DNA of 32,000 nucleotides from Mycolicibacterium smegmatis (lineage in GTDB: Bacteria; Actinomycetota; Actinomycetes; Mycobacteriales; Mycobacteriaceae), in the NCBI RefSeq assembly GCF_001457595.1, contig NZ_LN831039.1, positions 5,070,001-5,102,000 on the forward strand, in the 5' to 3' direction. The translations under genes and the position numbers were made by a program. The notes under the pieces are model-generated. The model worked only from the letters and a program-made list of their open reading frames with translations. It searched no databases and had not been told where the DNA came from. Of the stretch, positions 1-8,223 are shown in pieces (the first letter of the stretch is position 1; every line of letters starts with the position of its first letter).

Positions 1-11
1 ACTGTTTTCGG

Positions 12-989
12 TCATGGACCGTCTCTGCGCGGCTGCACCCCAAAGAACGCGCCCCCACCCGAACCCGGTTGATTGTCAAAGCCGGTGTAGTCAAAAGTGA
101 TTCCGTTTGTGTCCCACCCGCCAGGGTTGCCGATGGACGGACCCCAAATCCCGCCAGGCATCATGACGTAAGGTGTTGAAACCGTGAGCCTTTCGGCGAA
201 CTGATCGAGCATGTCGGGTTCCTGTTGCCGCGCTTTCTCGAATAGCTCCGCTTGGCGTTGGCGGTCACTGATGTAAAGCCCGGTTCGGATCGCTTGGCCG
301 GGCTTGTCGAGCACGACAGTCATCACGTTGTCGCCCACCTTGTCTGTGAGCGCGCTCGTTTCCAGTACGGCGTCCCTGAGAATGTCCCTCACTTGGTCGG
401 GGACTTCATCGGCGGGGCAACTGAGCGCAGTCAATCGTGCCTTCGCACGGTCGATGATCGGGTTATTCACCATACCAACAGCATCGATGTAGAACGCTTT
501 GAATTGCTGTGTATCAGGCCGCATTTCGATGCTTGTGACCGAATCACCTTGGGCCTTAGTGCGAAACATTACCTTGGTTACCATGCCGTCTTTGCGTTGC
601 ACACCTGACGCGAGAACGATTGTCGCACGCTTCTTTTCACTGGCTAGCAGATGTGAGTAAGCGTCTCGCAGCGCGTTCTCCACGCGGTTGCGAATCTCTC
701 GGTAATGCAAGTCCGGTGGCGGCTGCCAGAACGTCATCATGGCGGGCGCAAGCTCGTCGTATCCGCTGATCGCTTCTGCGATGAGTCGATCAGTCGGCTT
801 GCCGTCGAGAAACGCCAGCCCGGTATAGCCCAGCACGACCCAACAGTCGATGCCCAGAACTACAACGGTCTTGTTGCTGTGCGGATCGTATTCGCCGGTT
901 GGATTATCTGGCGTCGGCTCGACGCTAACGAATCGGTCGCTCGCATGGAACGCCCAATTTCCCACGACTGCGGCGACGATCAGCGTCAT
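12..989 (-). CDS. Hypothetical protein, 325 aa; N-terminus resembles proteasome-beta/HslV-like Ntn hydrolase (MTLIVAAVVGNWAFHASDR...GYTGLAFLDG); disordered Gly/Asn-rich C-terminus
   Basis: Long ORF; ATG at 989 overlaps the integrase stop (ATGA at 989-986). N-terminal Met-Thr, strand, ASDR, then K...GYTGLAF pattern resembles Ntn hydrolases; fold assignment is tentative. Confidence 0.8.
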   Translation of the reverse strand: MTLIVAAVVGNWAFHASDRFVSVEPTPDNPTGEYDPHSNKTVVVLGIDCWVVLGYTGLAFLDGKPTDRLIAEAISGYDELAPAMMTFWQPPPDLHYREIRNRVENALRDAYSHLLASEKKRATIVLASGVQRKDGMVTKVMFRTKAQGDSVTSIEMRPDTQQFKAFYIDAVGMVNNPIIDRAKARLTALSCPADEVPDQVRDILRDAVLETSALTDKVGDNVMTVVLDKPGQAIRTGLYISDRQRQAELFEKARQQEPDMLDQFAERLTVSTPYVMMPGGIWGPSIGNPGGWDTNGITFDYTGFDNQPGSGGGAFFGVQPRRDGP

Positions 990-2176
990 GCCGACACGCC
1001 CACGCTGGCTGCCAACGTATCGGCCCGCAACGCCGAGAGAGCGTCGGCAACGGCGATGTCACGGCCCGACACCTGTTGCTGATAGATCAGGCTGGCTTTG
1101 TGGGTGGAATGCCGCAGCCGCGCCATCGTCTCGACCAGGTTGCCGACCTGAGCCGTCATGGTGCCCGCGAAGTGACGCAGATCGTGCACCCGCATATCGT
1201 TGTGCCCAACTGCACTCAGCGCCGGTTTGAAAACGTCTTTGGCGAACACCCGATCATTGACGTGGCACCCGCCGCGCGCGGGCGTGAACAGAAGCGAATC
1301 ACCCGCTTTATCAACGTGATTGGCTAGGTGCGCTCTTATGTCATCCCGAATGTGTGGAGGGATCACCACCTTGGCGGGCTTGCCGTCTTTAGGCGTGTCG
1401 ATGATGCATTCGCCGCTTCGGTGGGTTACACCACGCGCCACCGTGACCACAGTGCAATCGGCATCGAAGTCTTTTCGGCGCAGCTCCGACACTTCCCCGT
1501 ACCGCAGGCCGCACCACGCAGAAATCAACACCAGGGCGCGGAAGCGGGCGTTTTTGGTGTCGCCACCCAACTTGTCGGCAATGGCCTCAAGCTCGGGAAT
1601 CGTTGGCACAACGGCCTGGCGCTTGGTCTTCGGGTTCATTGCCCGTTCGATCATGCAGGGGTTGCGCTCAATCAATCCGTCTCGTACGGCGGTATTGCAA
1701 ACCATGTTGAGCAAACCGTACGCGTGAGCGTTGCGCGTCGGGTGCGTCGAGCCGAGGCCGGAGAACCACGTCCGCACCAAAGCAGGACTCAGGTCACGAA
1801 CCGCGTACTTGCCGAGCTTGGGCGCGATGTAGTTCGTCAGCGACGCCTCATAACCGATTCGGGTTCGCGGTTTGAGGTTGCGTTCACTGATCACCGCTTT
1901 CGCGTATTCGGCGACGGTGACCGCCACGGCCTTATTTTCCTCGGTGATCACTTCGGGCGGTTTCCACGACGACAGTCCCTCATCGCTCGCCGCGCACCGG
2001 TCGATCCGTTCCTTTTCTTTGTTGAGCCATCGTTCGGCGATCATTTTCGAGTCGAAGGTGACTGGCGCGAAGTGCCGCCGCAGATCGGGACCGATGTAAG
2101 ACGCTTGGAAGCGCGCCGATTTGGTGGGTTGCTTGCGAATAGATCCCCACTCGCGAGGGTTCTTTTTACCGGCCAT
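986..2176 (-). CDS. Phage-type tyrosine recombinase/integrase, 396 aa
   Basis: Core-binding domain followed by a catalytic domain with R (AWCGLRYGEVSELRRKDF), HxxR (VHDLRHFAGT), H (RLRHSTHKAS) and Y (LIYQQ). Confidence 0.93.
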   Translation of the reverse strand: MAGKKNPREWGSIRKQPTKSARFQASYIGPDLRRHFAPVTFDSKMIAERWLNKEKERIDRCAASDEGLSSWKPPEVITEENKAVAVTVAEYAKAVISERNLKPRTRIGYEASLTNYIAPKLGKYAVRDLSPALVRTWFSGLGSTHPTRNAHAYGLLNMVCNTAVRDGLIERNPCMIERAMNPKTKRQAVVPTIPELEAIADKLGGDTKNARFRALVLISAWCGLRYGEVSELRRKDFDADCTVVTVARGVTHRSGECIIDTPKDGKPAKVVIPPHIRDDIRAHLANHVDKAGDSLLFTPARGGCHVNDRVFAKDVFKPALSAVGHNDMRVHDLRHFAGTMTAQVGNLVETMARLRHSTHKASLIYQQQVSGRDIAVADALSALRADTLAASVGVSA

Positions 2177-2703
2177 TTCGTATGCACCCCTTCGTGAAAT
2201 CCCACCGGGTTCCCGGTAGGAATCCTGCGGCCCTCGTCGTTAACCAGTGGGTTTGCTAGGTCCCAACTATGTTCCAACGATGTGAACCATTCTACCCTGT
2301 GCAGGGTGCGCGAAGTGAGCGAACTTTCTTGGACTCAAATCGGTTGTGTTGCAAAGTGATTGCAGGTCACCACTCATATCGGCGCTTCAACGGACGGCAC
2401 TTTCGAATCCTGCCGGGGGCACCCAGTCTCTTCCTGGCAAGGCACGCGGCATTGCAATTTTTCCCATGCGCCACCTGTTTTTTGACGGAGTCCACAGCTC
2501 CATGCGACTGCTGGCCGCAGGGCGTCGCTGTGCGACTCCTCAGCCGCAGTGATCGCCCAAAAGGCCGCCGCCGAGGTGCTGTACATCGCACGTTTTGCCG
2601 TCACCGTGGCCCGATAGCGTGGAATCACTGCAAGACTGGCGGGCTGATTCACATGAGGATGTTCAAGTGCCGAACTTGCTGAACCGACCGACTGCGCGGC
2701 TCC

Positions 2704-4068
2704 TTAATCGGGTTGGAATCCGTCGGCGAAAGCCAGGACGTGGGGAGAGAGCAGGCTGAAGGGCGGCACTTTCACACGATGGGTAAAACCAGGCCCCGTC
2801 TGAAGTGCGTACATCCCGCGCCTGCCCCCGAAGCGACCGATGAGTTCCCGCACCACCTCGGCGTTGTATGCCACGTCGGGGTACAGAACGGCCTCAATTT
2901 GGGGATGCAGGTCGCGGATGAGCGGTTGAATGTTTTGGATCATCGCCAACACGCTCGGGTCGGAGTCCATCGCTTGCAGTTCGCTACGTTTCAGCCATCG
3001 CTTATTCCAAGACCACTTGGTGTAGTCGAGCAGCGCGCTGCGGTCGACATCGACAACAACTGCAGGCTCACCGTGCAAACTTGCGGCGAAGTTGTACTTG
3101 AAAGCGTCGATACTTACGTGTCGCAACACGTCTCCCTGCACCATCAGCCAACGGTAGTCGAATGACTTCTTCTTCAAGTTTTTGAACAACTTTCGGGCGG
3201 ACCGCGTTTCATGCGCGAACCGCCCGAACTTCTCCCGAGCTCTCCTGATCGTCTGTTCTTCTAGAATTTGAAGGGCACCAGTGAACGAAACCAGCGCAGA
3301 CCGCAACTTGCGCTTGCGCTCCTCTATCGCCTCGGTATCGGTGAACGATATACCGCCAGCTTGAAGGTGGGTGATGATGTCGATCACCACATCACAAAGC
3401 CGGTCGCTTTCATCGGAAAGATGCTGAAACAAGTCAGCCTCTAACATCTTCTCCAGCGCTCTGTATGCGTGGAGATAACGGGTGTGATCAGCCGGGGTGA
3501 AAGAGGCCACCTTTTCGAAGATCGGTGCGTCAGACCGGTTTGGGTCCCGATGAAACAAGATCGCCCCGTAAGGGTCCGCCCCGGCTTCAGCGTCATCCGC
3601 ATCCAACTTAGCTTCGATGTGTGCGCCAACATCCAGCGCCGCTGTAAAAGTTGCCCCAGTGAGAGGCATTCGCTGTCTGATCTGTTCAGCGGTGGGCATT
3701 ACATCGGTGAGCCACGTTTCGCCTTCCTGCAGCAGGCGCTCTAGCGCTTCACGCAGCGATTGCTCGGCTTCAGCACGAGTGGCCCGGTCCCTAGCATCGG
3801 GCGTCTCGTAGTGGTCTCTTGTTGCGGAGTTCATCGCCTGTACCAACGCGCGCGACGTCTCGGCAATGATCACCATCGCTGGAGTGCCCGGCGGTGGCGC
3901 AGTATCCGGCGAAAGACCACTGTGCCACGCATCGGAGGCGCTCTCGCAAAAGTCCAGCGGAGTGTCACCGTCTAGCCGCGGTAATGATGCGATGAATCTG
4001 CTGAGCCAATCCAACCAGCACCGAAGCAGCACAGGATCGTTGTCATCGGTATTGCCTTCGCCAGCCAC
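2704..4068 (-). CDS. Hypothetical protein, 454 aa, helical, accessory-element cargo
   Basis: Long intact ORF with an ordinary mixed amino acid composition. No catalytic motif recognised. Confidence 0.75.
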   Translation of the reverse strand: MAGEGNTDDNDPVLLRCWLDWLSRFIASLPRLDGDTPLDFCESASDAWHSGLSPDTAPPPGTPAMVIIAETSRALVQAMNSATRDHYETPDARDRATRAEAEQSLREALERLLQEGETWLTDVMPTAEQIRQRMPLTGATFTAALDVGAHIEAKLDADDAEAGADPYGAILFHRDPNRSDAPIFEKVASFTPADHTRYLHAYRALEKMLEADLFQHLSDESDRLCDVVIDIITHLQAGGISFTDTEAIEERKRKLRSALVSFTGALQILEEQTIRRAREKFGRFAHETRSARKLFKNLKKKSFDYRWLMVQGDVLRHVSIDAFKYNFAASLHGEPAVVVDVDRSALLDYTKWSWNKRWLKRSELQAMDSDPSVLAMIQNIQPLIRDLHPQIEAVLYPDVAYNAEVVRELIGRFGGRRGMYALQTGPGFTHRVKVPPFSLLSPHVLAFADGFQPD

Positions 4069-4238
4069 TGGATCCTGCCCCTTTCTAACTTAGCGTCCGA
4101 TCCTATGCCTCGGTACCGACAAGCAGGCGAACCGCCAAAGCGCGTTCGAGCGCTTTTACGACACAGGTCGGAACAGTTCCCACTGGTCGGCGAGCCACCT
4201 GCACACGAGCCAGAGATGCTATTCGATAGCATCCGCTC

Positions 4239-5243
4239 GTGAGCAGTTTCAAACACCGCAGGCAACGCATAGAGGAAGCTCTTGGCTTCAGCGCCACAAC
4301 TTTGACCTTCCTTGGCCTGATGTTCGTCGCGGGAATTATTCTCTGCATTTCGCTCTCACTCACCGATCTCGGGATTGGTTTTACTGAACCTGCATTGCTC
4401 ACGCGATTCAACGGAGAGTGGCTGCGAAGCCACTCCTACATACCCAACATTCTCGCCGGCTTGACGGGATTTTTAGTGGGGGTGCCGGTTGCGCTAGTGG
4501 TTCTCCAAACTGTAATTGGAAAGCGCGAGGATAACGTCGAGTTAGCCAAAGCCAAGCGTGTGACCGCCGCAGCATGGCGCGACTTCCGCAGTGCGGCATT
4601 TGAATTTGGCTCTCCTACTCGACGCAATGCGTTGCTCAGCATCGCACTCCACGAGGTCTATCCGCTGTACGAAGAGATCTTTAAGCGTCTCCAGGATTAC
4701 CGAGGCCAGAAACCCTTCGTTTCTCCGACCCAGGACCAGCACGACGAACTCATCGCGTACCTGAAATCCAAAGAAGCCGAGTTCAAGCGGAAGATTGATT
4801 CGGTGACAGCGAAAGTCGGCAATATAGATGAGTTGCTGAAATTATGGTCACGCGTGCTTTCAACTTGGTCTGTGGTAAATGTATACGTGCGCTCGCGCAG
4901 AATCGAGTTGGGTCTTTCTTGGTTTAATGACGACTCGAACTCGATTTTAGTTTCCGCACTAGCCACTACAGCAAGCCCCCTTGCCGATTTCACACACGTC
5001 CATAACGGCTTCGGCGCAAGGCCACCGGCCAGTATGGACATGGCGCATCAATGGATTTTGAGCTATATACGCTGGGAGAAAGACAAGCTTGACCGAACGC
5101 TGCAGTCTGACGACAAAGTGTTCGGCGTCGAGGGTGTCGAGGACTATCGGAAACACACCCAGCAGGCCGCGCTTTTTCTGAATGGCCTTCACCACGCGAT
5201 TAAGCAGATCGATGAAGAAGGCTGGCCGGATCAGTCGGCCTGA
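4239..5243 (+). CDS. Hypothetical membrane protein, 334 aa, two N-terminal TM helices and a long cytoplasmic helical domain
   Basis: GTG start at 4239; hydrophobic segments ATTLTFLGLMFVAGIILCISLSL and IPNILAGLTGFLVGVPVALVVLQTVI; divergent from the 2704-4068 gene. Confidence 0.78.
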   Translation: MSSFKHRRQRIEEALGFSATTLTFLGLMFVAGIILCISLSLTDLGIGFTEPALLTRFNGEWLRSHSYIPNILAGLTGFLVGVPVALVVLQTVIGKREDNVELAKAKRVTAAAWRDFRSAAFEFGSPTRRNALLSIALHEVYPLYEEIFKRLQDYRGQKPFVSPTQDQHDELIAYLKSKEAEFKRKIDSVTAKVGNIDELLKLWSRVLSTWSVVNVYVRSRRIELGLSWFNDDSNSILVSALATTASPLADFTHVHNGFGARPPASMDMAHQWILSYIRWEKDKLDRTLQSDDKVFGVEGVEDYRKHTQQAALFLNGLHHAIKQIDEEGWPDQSA

Positions 5244-5714
5244 ACATCAAGACCGGAAAAACACATTCCCAAGAGCCTTGGGGCGGAGTCCGACCGCAGC
5301 GGCTTCGCGGGTAAGCCGTCAGTTCCCAAGGCCCGCACGCTGCACGACGCCGATACAGCACGAACAGTCGGCCCGCGGCGGCCGCTGCCGACTACCCCAG
5401 CGGCCCGCGTGAACACGTCGAAGAAGTCTTCTGAGCGCATTGAGGGCAGATTCAGACGCGCGCTAAAAGCGGCAAATCGGCCTCGCCTCAGCGTGCGATC
5501 AAGCTCCATCCTCCGTTAATGGCACCTACTGAGGTACCCACCCTGCGGGGACACTCAGATCAGACACTCTCCACGCGGACCGTGGCACCTCTCACACAGC
5601 TTATCGGGAATTTTTTCAAATCCCCGCAGAAACTTGCTGGCCGCAACCGCCTCCGACCGATTACGCTGGCGCTACGAGTTGTGCGCATCACTCCAGGACA
5701 CAGGGGACACAGAC

Positions 5715-6143
5715 ATGAACAAGTTCATCGCAGCGGCGGTGGCCGCCGGAGCACTCGGTGCGGGGCTTGCCTTCGCCGCGCCTGCCTCGGCAGCACCCAA
5801 CTGCTCCGACGTCGTCGACAAGATCAACAACGGCGTTGAGGTCGACGGGGAGACGCAGGACTACACGCCGAGCTACACCGAGAGGTGGACCTGCGCGGTC
5901 GACATCCAGGCCAACAAGTGGGCTACGTTCCCCGGTGACCTCGCCGGCAAGTGGGCCGGTTTCCCCGCTGACACCGCCAACAAGTGGGCCGAATTCCCCG
6001 GCAAGACCGCCAAGAAGTGGACCGATTTCCCCGGCGACCTCGCTGAAAAGTGGGGCGTCGGAGGAGGGGGCGGCGGCGGTAACGGCGGCGGCAACGAGAA
6101 CGGCGGCGGCGGCGAGAACGGCGGCGGCGGCAACGAAGGCTGA
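5715..6143 (+). CDS. Secreted protein, 142 aa, signal peptide, four tandem 11-aa KWxxFPGDxAx repeats, Gly/Asn/Glu-rich tail
   Basis: ATG at 5715 preceded by AGGGGAC; signal peptide MNKFIAAAVAAGALGAGLAFAAPASA; repeats KWATFPGDLAG KWAGFPADTAN KWAEFPGKTAK KWTDFPGDLAE. Confidence 0.85.
   Translation: MNKFIAAAVAAGALGAGLAFAAPASAAPNCSDVVDKINNGVEVDGETQDYTPSYTERWTCAVDIQANKWATFPGDLAGKWAGFPADTANKWAEFPGKTAKKWTDFPGDLAEKWGVGGGGGGGNGGGNENGGGGENGGGGNEG
5916..6047 (+). repeat. Four in-frame 33-bp units encoding KWxxFPGDxAx
   Basis: Units at 5916-5948, 5949-5981, 5982-6014 and 6015-6047, each beginning AAGTGG. Confidence 0.9.
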
Positions 6144-6165
6144 CGCCCCACTCACGATCCACTCA

Positions 6166-6200
6166 ATCAGTGGCGATCCGCTCAGCGGGTCGCCACTGAT
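6166..6200 (+). terminator. Hairpin ATCAGTGGCGATCCGCT-C-AGCGGGTCGCCACTGAT downstream of the repeat-protein gene
   Basis: Near-perfect 17-bp arms with one G-U wobble, 22 nt after the stop codon; no clear U tract. Confidence 0.65.
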
Positions 6201-6379
6201 CGTTTATCCGGGACTTTCTCACCGCATTCACTTTTTGCGGATTCAATTGACTACCAAAACAGTCGGCAAAGAGAAATTCTCGACCGCCGGAATCGAAACC
6301 TCTCGCCGCGATACAGTCACGTTGATCGGCATCCGAGTCAGTTGGCACCTGACAGTGACACGCCGAAAGAGGGTCTCGT

Positions 6380-7720
6380 ATGCCCACGACTGCCGGCGAG
6401 TGGTTCGTCCAGATCCTGATCTTCGTGCTGGTCGCCTACCCGATCGTGGGCGGCCTGGCGTTCATCGTGTCGAGCTTCTACTACCACGTGTTCATGGAGA
6501 AGCGCGAACTGCCGCGTCATCTCGAATACGGAACGCCGTTCGTCTCGATCTTCATTCCTGCGCACAACGAAGAAGCCTCGATCGCCGGCACGATCCACTA
6601 TCTGCAGAACCAGATCAACTATCCGCCCGATAAATTCGAGATTCTCGTCATCGACGATGCGTCGACCGACAAGACGCCGCAGATCCTGGCCGATCTGCAG
6701 GACCAATATCCGGACCTTCGTGTCGTCACGATCGTCAAGAACCGAGGCAAGGCGCACGGCCTGAACGTCGCCCTCGCGTTCGCCAAAGGCGACTTCATCC
6801 TGTCGAACGATGCCGACACCAAGCCGAACCCCGACGCGCTGTGGCAGTACATGAGCTACTTCGAACGCGCGGGCGGCCACAACGTCGGGGGTGTCACGGG
6901 AAACATGCTGGCCGCCAACCGCACCACCATCACCGCGCTGGCACAGGAGAACGAGTTGAACTCGATCATCGGCCTCATCAAGCGGTCGCAGATGTCCTAC
7001 GGGGCGCTGTTCGCGTTCTCCGGCGCCAACACGATGTACCGCAAGCAGGCCGTGCTCGACGTCGGCGGCTGGCACGCCGAACAACCGACCGAGGACATCG
7101 CCATCGCATGGGACATGCAGACCGCGGGCTGGCGCGCCCTCTTCGCACCCCATATCCGGTTTTTCCTGGACGTTCCGGAGCACCTCAGGTCACTGGTCAA
7201 GCAACGGCGTCGCTGGTCATCGGGCGGCATCTACGTGCTGCTGACCAAAGGCTGGCCGTTGATGAGGCACCCGCTGCGCAACTACCGGATGATGCCGGTG
7301 ATTCTCGATTACGGGTTCAGCATCGCCTGGAGCTTCCTGTACTGGGTCGCCATGGCGCTTTTCATCCTGAGCCAGGTTTACTTCGCCGGCACCCAGAACT
7401 GGGAACGCTTCGTCCACAACTGGTACATGGTCGGCATTTTCGTGGCGATGCAGATGGTCGTCGGTGTCGTCCAACTCACCGCGGCCTCGTACTACAACGA
7501 CGGCGGCAAGACCCTCAAGTACATCCTCTTCGCGCCCTTCTACATGCTCATCTATTGGATGGTGAACACCGGGACCGTCGTCTATGAGTTCATCCCGACC
7601 GTCCGCAAGATATGGGCACAGAAAGAGGGTGGTGTCTGGAAGTCACCCGACCGGTCGGCCAGCCTGCAGGAGATCGAGCAGGCGACCACAGATCACGGCA
7701 CGGAGACGGGGCGCCCGTGA
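6380..7720 (+). CDS. Family 2 glycosyltransferase, membrane-embedded processive type (cellulose/PNAG synthase-like)
   Basis: N-terminal TM; VSIFIPAHNEEASI, VIDDAST, SNDADTKP and QRRRWSSGG motifs; C-terminal TM helices. Confidence 0.9.
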   Translation: MPTTAGEWFVQILIFVLVAYPIVGGLAFIVSSFYYHVFMEKRELPRHLEYGTPFVSIFIPAHNEEASIAGTIHYLQNQINYPPDKFEILVIDDASTDKTPQILADLQDQYPDLRVVTIVKNRGKAHGLNVALAFAKGDFILSNDADTKPNPDALWQYMSYFERAGGHNVGGVTGNMLAANRTTITALAQENELNSIIGLIKRSQMSYGALFAFSGANTMYRKQAVLDVGGWHAEQPTEDIAIAWDMQTAGWRALFAPHIRFFLDVPEHLRSLVKQRRRWSSGGIYVLLTKGWPLMRHPLRNYRMMPVILDYGFSIAWSFLYWVAMALFILSQVYFAGTQNWERFVHNWYMVGIFVAMQMVVGVVQLTAASYYNDGGKTLKYILFAPFYMLIYWMVNTGTVVYEFIPTVRKIWAQKEGGVWKSPDRSASLQEIEQATTDHGTETGRP

Positions 7721-8223
7721 CGGAGAAGCCGGCCTACGTCGTGCACGAGGTGCACGAGAAAGACGTCACCGTGGACTGGTTCTTCGGTGCTGCGCCGCTG
7801 TCCAGGAAAGTCGCGCAACTGATCTGCGTCGCGATCGGATGGTTCTTCGTCGTGCTTCCGGTGGTCATTCTGATTTCCGCTGTCACGCACCGGAACACCG
7901 AGGGCGGGTGGTGGAGCTATCACGAGGGTTTCGTGATGTTCGACCTGACGATCCGCTACCTGGGTTTTCTGTTCGTGGTTTTCGTGATCGGGTTCCTGGC
8001 ATTGCATCTGGTCAACCGATGGCAGAGTAGAGACCGCGATCGACGGATGACGTACGACCAGAAGCGTCTGGCTCAGCGCTTGGAGCTCTCCGACGACCTG
8101 TACACGAGCAAGTACGGCGCTGAACATCTTCGCCTGCAGCAGAAGACCATCCGGATCGAGCCGTACGGCGACTTCGAGACATACGAACTGCGTGATCGTT
8201 ACCGCACGTATGGAGTGGGCTGA
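7717..8223 (+). CDS. Small membrane protein, 168 aa, two TM helices
   Basis: GTG at 7717 overlaps the GT2 stop (GTGA); hydrophobic segments LICVAIGWFFVVLPVVILISAV and YLGFLFVVFVIGFLALHLV. Confidence 0.75.
   Translation: MTEKPAYVVHEVHEKDVTVDWFFGAAPLSRKVAQLICVAIGWFFVVLPVVILISAVTHRNTEGGWWSYHEGFVMFDLTIRYLGFLFVVFVIGFLALHLVNRWQSRDRDRRMTYDQKRLAQRLELSDDLYTSKYGAEHLRLQQKTIRIEPYGDFETYELRDRYRTYGVG

Larger units (their letters stand above)
12..5243. mobile_element. Part of an integrated accessory element (minimum visible extent; left end outside window, right end unresolved between ~5243 and ~5700)
   Basis: Integrase, uncharacterised cargo ORFs, visibly lower GC and different codon texture than the rest, and ~470 bp of noncoding DNA before the first backbone-like gene. 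No att repeats identified. Confidence 0.65.

Noticed and set aside
2269-2682. Overlapping ORFs (137 aa +, 92 aa -, 74 aa -) between the integrase and the 2704-4068 gene
   Set aside because: Mutually overlapping on both strands, no recognisable motif or ribosome site; treated as noncoding.
5244-5714. Possible tRNA gene or att site at the element boundary
   Set aside because: No cloverleaf, GGTTCGAATCC-type T arm or convincing direct repeat seen by eye; a tRNAscan and strain comparison would be needed.
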